Source of the DNA: an uncultured Clostridia bacterium
GTDB taxonomy: Bacteria > Bacillota > Clostridia > Christensenellales > UBA1242
NCBI GenBank assembly: GCA_944345545.1
Contig: CALVMK010000016.1
Span: 1-56,706 of the forward strand
Direction: 5' to 3'
Length of the DNA stretch: 56,706 bases
Shown: piece by piece, positions 55,988 through 56,706 of the stretch
Layout of the letters: every line of letters begins with the position of its first letter
Numbering within the stretch: position 1 is the first letter of the stretch
The notes under the pieces: model-generated
What the model saw: only the letters and a program-made list of their open reading frames with translations
Told to the model about the DNA's origin: nothing
Databases searched by the model: none
Position numbers and translations under genes: made by a program

Positions 55988-56019
55988 AACGGGCAAATGA
56001 GCCCGCAAGGTCGACAAAA
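55988..56019 (+). repeat. 32-nt direct repeat, copy 2
   Basis: AACGGGCAAATGAGCCCGCAAGGTCGACAAAA, ending 6 nt before tRNA-Glu. Confidence 0.88.
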
Positions 56020-56025
56020 ATTTCT

Positions 56026-56100
56026 GGTCCCGTGGTCAAGCGGTTAAGACATCGCCCTTTCACGGCGGTATCAGGGGTTCGATTCCCCTCGGGATCACCA
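56026..56100 (+). tRNA. tRNA-Glu (TTC)
   Basis: 75 nt. GGTCCCG/CGGGATC acceptor, GTCAAGCGGTTAAGAC D-arm, anticodon loop CTTTCAC, T-arm AGGGG-TTCGATT-CCCCT, encoded CCA. Confidence 0.93.
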
Positions 56101-56111
56101 AAAAGTTAAAG

Positions 56112-56138
56112 ACAGTTAGTTTAACTAACTGTTTTTTT
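56112..56138 (+). terminator. Intrinsic terminator after tRNA-Glu
   Basis: ACAGTTAGTT / AACTAACTGT stem followed by T7. Confidence 0.75.
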
Positions 56139-56140
56139 AT

Positions 56141-56250
56141 TCACAGAACAGGAATCGAACGGGAGGATTAGCAAAGGCAACGGTGTTTGCGTTTACCCGC
56201 CCCAGCGTGGTAGCGAGCCATGCTTCTTGCGTTATACTTTCGTAGCGGAG
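56141..56250 (+). other. 110-nt G+C-rich island between duplicated tRNA-Glu 3' ends
   Basis: Visibly G+C-rich: TCACAGAACAGGAATCGAACGGGAGG...CCCGCCCCAGCGTGGTAGCGAGCC...CGTAGCGGAG. No complete tRNA cloverleaf could be drawn on either strand. Confidence 0.5.
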
Positions 56251-56316
56251 CGATTGCCCTCGGGATCACCAAAACTTAAAGACAGTTAGTTTAGTTTAAC
56301 TAGCTGTTTTTTATTA
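56251..56316 (+). repeat. Diverged duplicate of the tRNA-Glu 3' end plus its terminator
   Basis: CGATTGCCCTCGGGATCACCAAAACTTAAAGACAGTTAGTTTAGTTTAACTAGCTGTTTTTT parallels 56080-56139. Differences are a few substitutions and a 5-nt loop insertion. Confidence 0.82.
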
Positions 56317-56706
56317 AAAAAGTATTGTTAGTAAATGAAAATATTTTGGATATCTAAAATTGCTTAACCTTAAAATATAAATTTGTAATTAGTTGTTTAT
56401 TTAAAGTACACTTTATTAGAATTTACGAATGTTAATGATTGCGGTAATAAATTCTATGCTACTCCAAAAATATAAAAGCTAACCCAAAGATTTAAACAAA
56501 AAAAAGAACGACATGTTGTCGTTCTTCTTATTGGTTGCGGGGGTACGCCACATATAACATTCGCGACTTTAAGTATAATAAGTAAAAAGAACTAGCAGAC
56601 GCTAGTTCTTTTGTGCAGCATTTAATATTTTTACTTATTGCTATTAATATAACTTAGCTTTCTTTCCATGCCTTTTTTATTTCTTCTATCTCCTCTCTTG
56701 TTTTGC

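Noticed and set aside
55835-56019. The two 32-nt repeats considered as a minimal CRISPR array.
   Set aside because: There are only two copies. The spacer is 121 nt, far beyond CRISPR spacer lengths. There are no cas genes or leader in the window. The repeats lie inside a tRNA transcription unit.
55867-56250. The G+C-rich islands considered as RNase P RNA (GAGGAAAG at about 55944), 5S rRNA (CGAAC..GGGAGG..TTAGC and CAGCGTGGTAGCG at about 56156-56215), SRP RNA or tmRNA.
   Set aside because: Each island is only about 110-120 nt. Each lacks the remaining universally conserved blocks: the P4 partner and overall length for RNase P, helix I closure and correct spacing for 5S, the GGAA/AGCA domain IV motifs for SRP, and the tRNA-Ala-like ends for tmRNA.
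56634-56706. A 24-codon open frame on the minus strand entering from the right window edge (...QNKRGDRRNKKGMERKLSYINSNK, stop at 56633-56631).
   Set aside because: It is followed by a terminator and so may be a real gene 3' end. It is too short to identify or to distinguish from chance, so it is not reported as a feature.

Overview
This window is very AT-rich chromosomal DNA from a low-GC, endospore-forming Firmicute. It uses the standard genetic code: TGA terminates hisS and other ORFs. Sporulation markers present are spoVG, a gerA-type germinant receptor operon, spoVE and sigH.

Most of the window is housekeeping. It carries murC, ppa, gap, an M29 aminopeptidase, rpiB, cls, Bacillus-type dnaB-dnaI, murE-mraY-murD-spoVE and an mrnC-rlmB-sigH cluster. 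It also carries hisS, a MetRS-like gene, trpS, and tRNA-Asn, tRNA-Met and tRNA-Glu.

The non-routine content is as follows:
- One uninterrupted 13.4 kb ORF encodes a membrane-anchored protein of about 4478 aa. It is tightly followed by cls. It sits back-to-back with an 861-aa gene, an orphan EncFtn-like ferritin gene and a small secreted protein gene.
- A roughly 4.4 kb integrative element lies next to tRNA-Asn. It has a large serine recombinase, a cro/cI-type switch with repeated operators, a replisome-organizer-like gene and a long internal palindrome.
- An ArsR/SmtB regulator is divergently paired with a 64-aa hydrophobic peptide that ends in a Gly-Cys repeat.
- Three perfect DnaA boxes cluster between hisS and the MetRS-like gene.
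- An 83-nt element with four perfectly paired helices lies in a 3' UTR.
- Several G+C-rich islands are bracketed by long direct repeats at the tRNA loci.

No CRISPR array, rRNA or recognisable defence genes were seen. All functional calls come from reading motifs by eye, and no searches were run.
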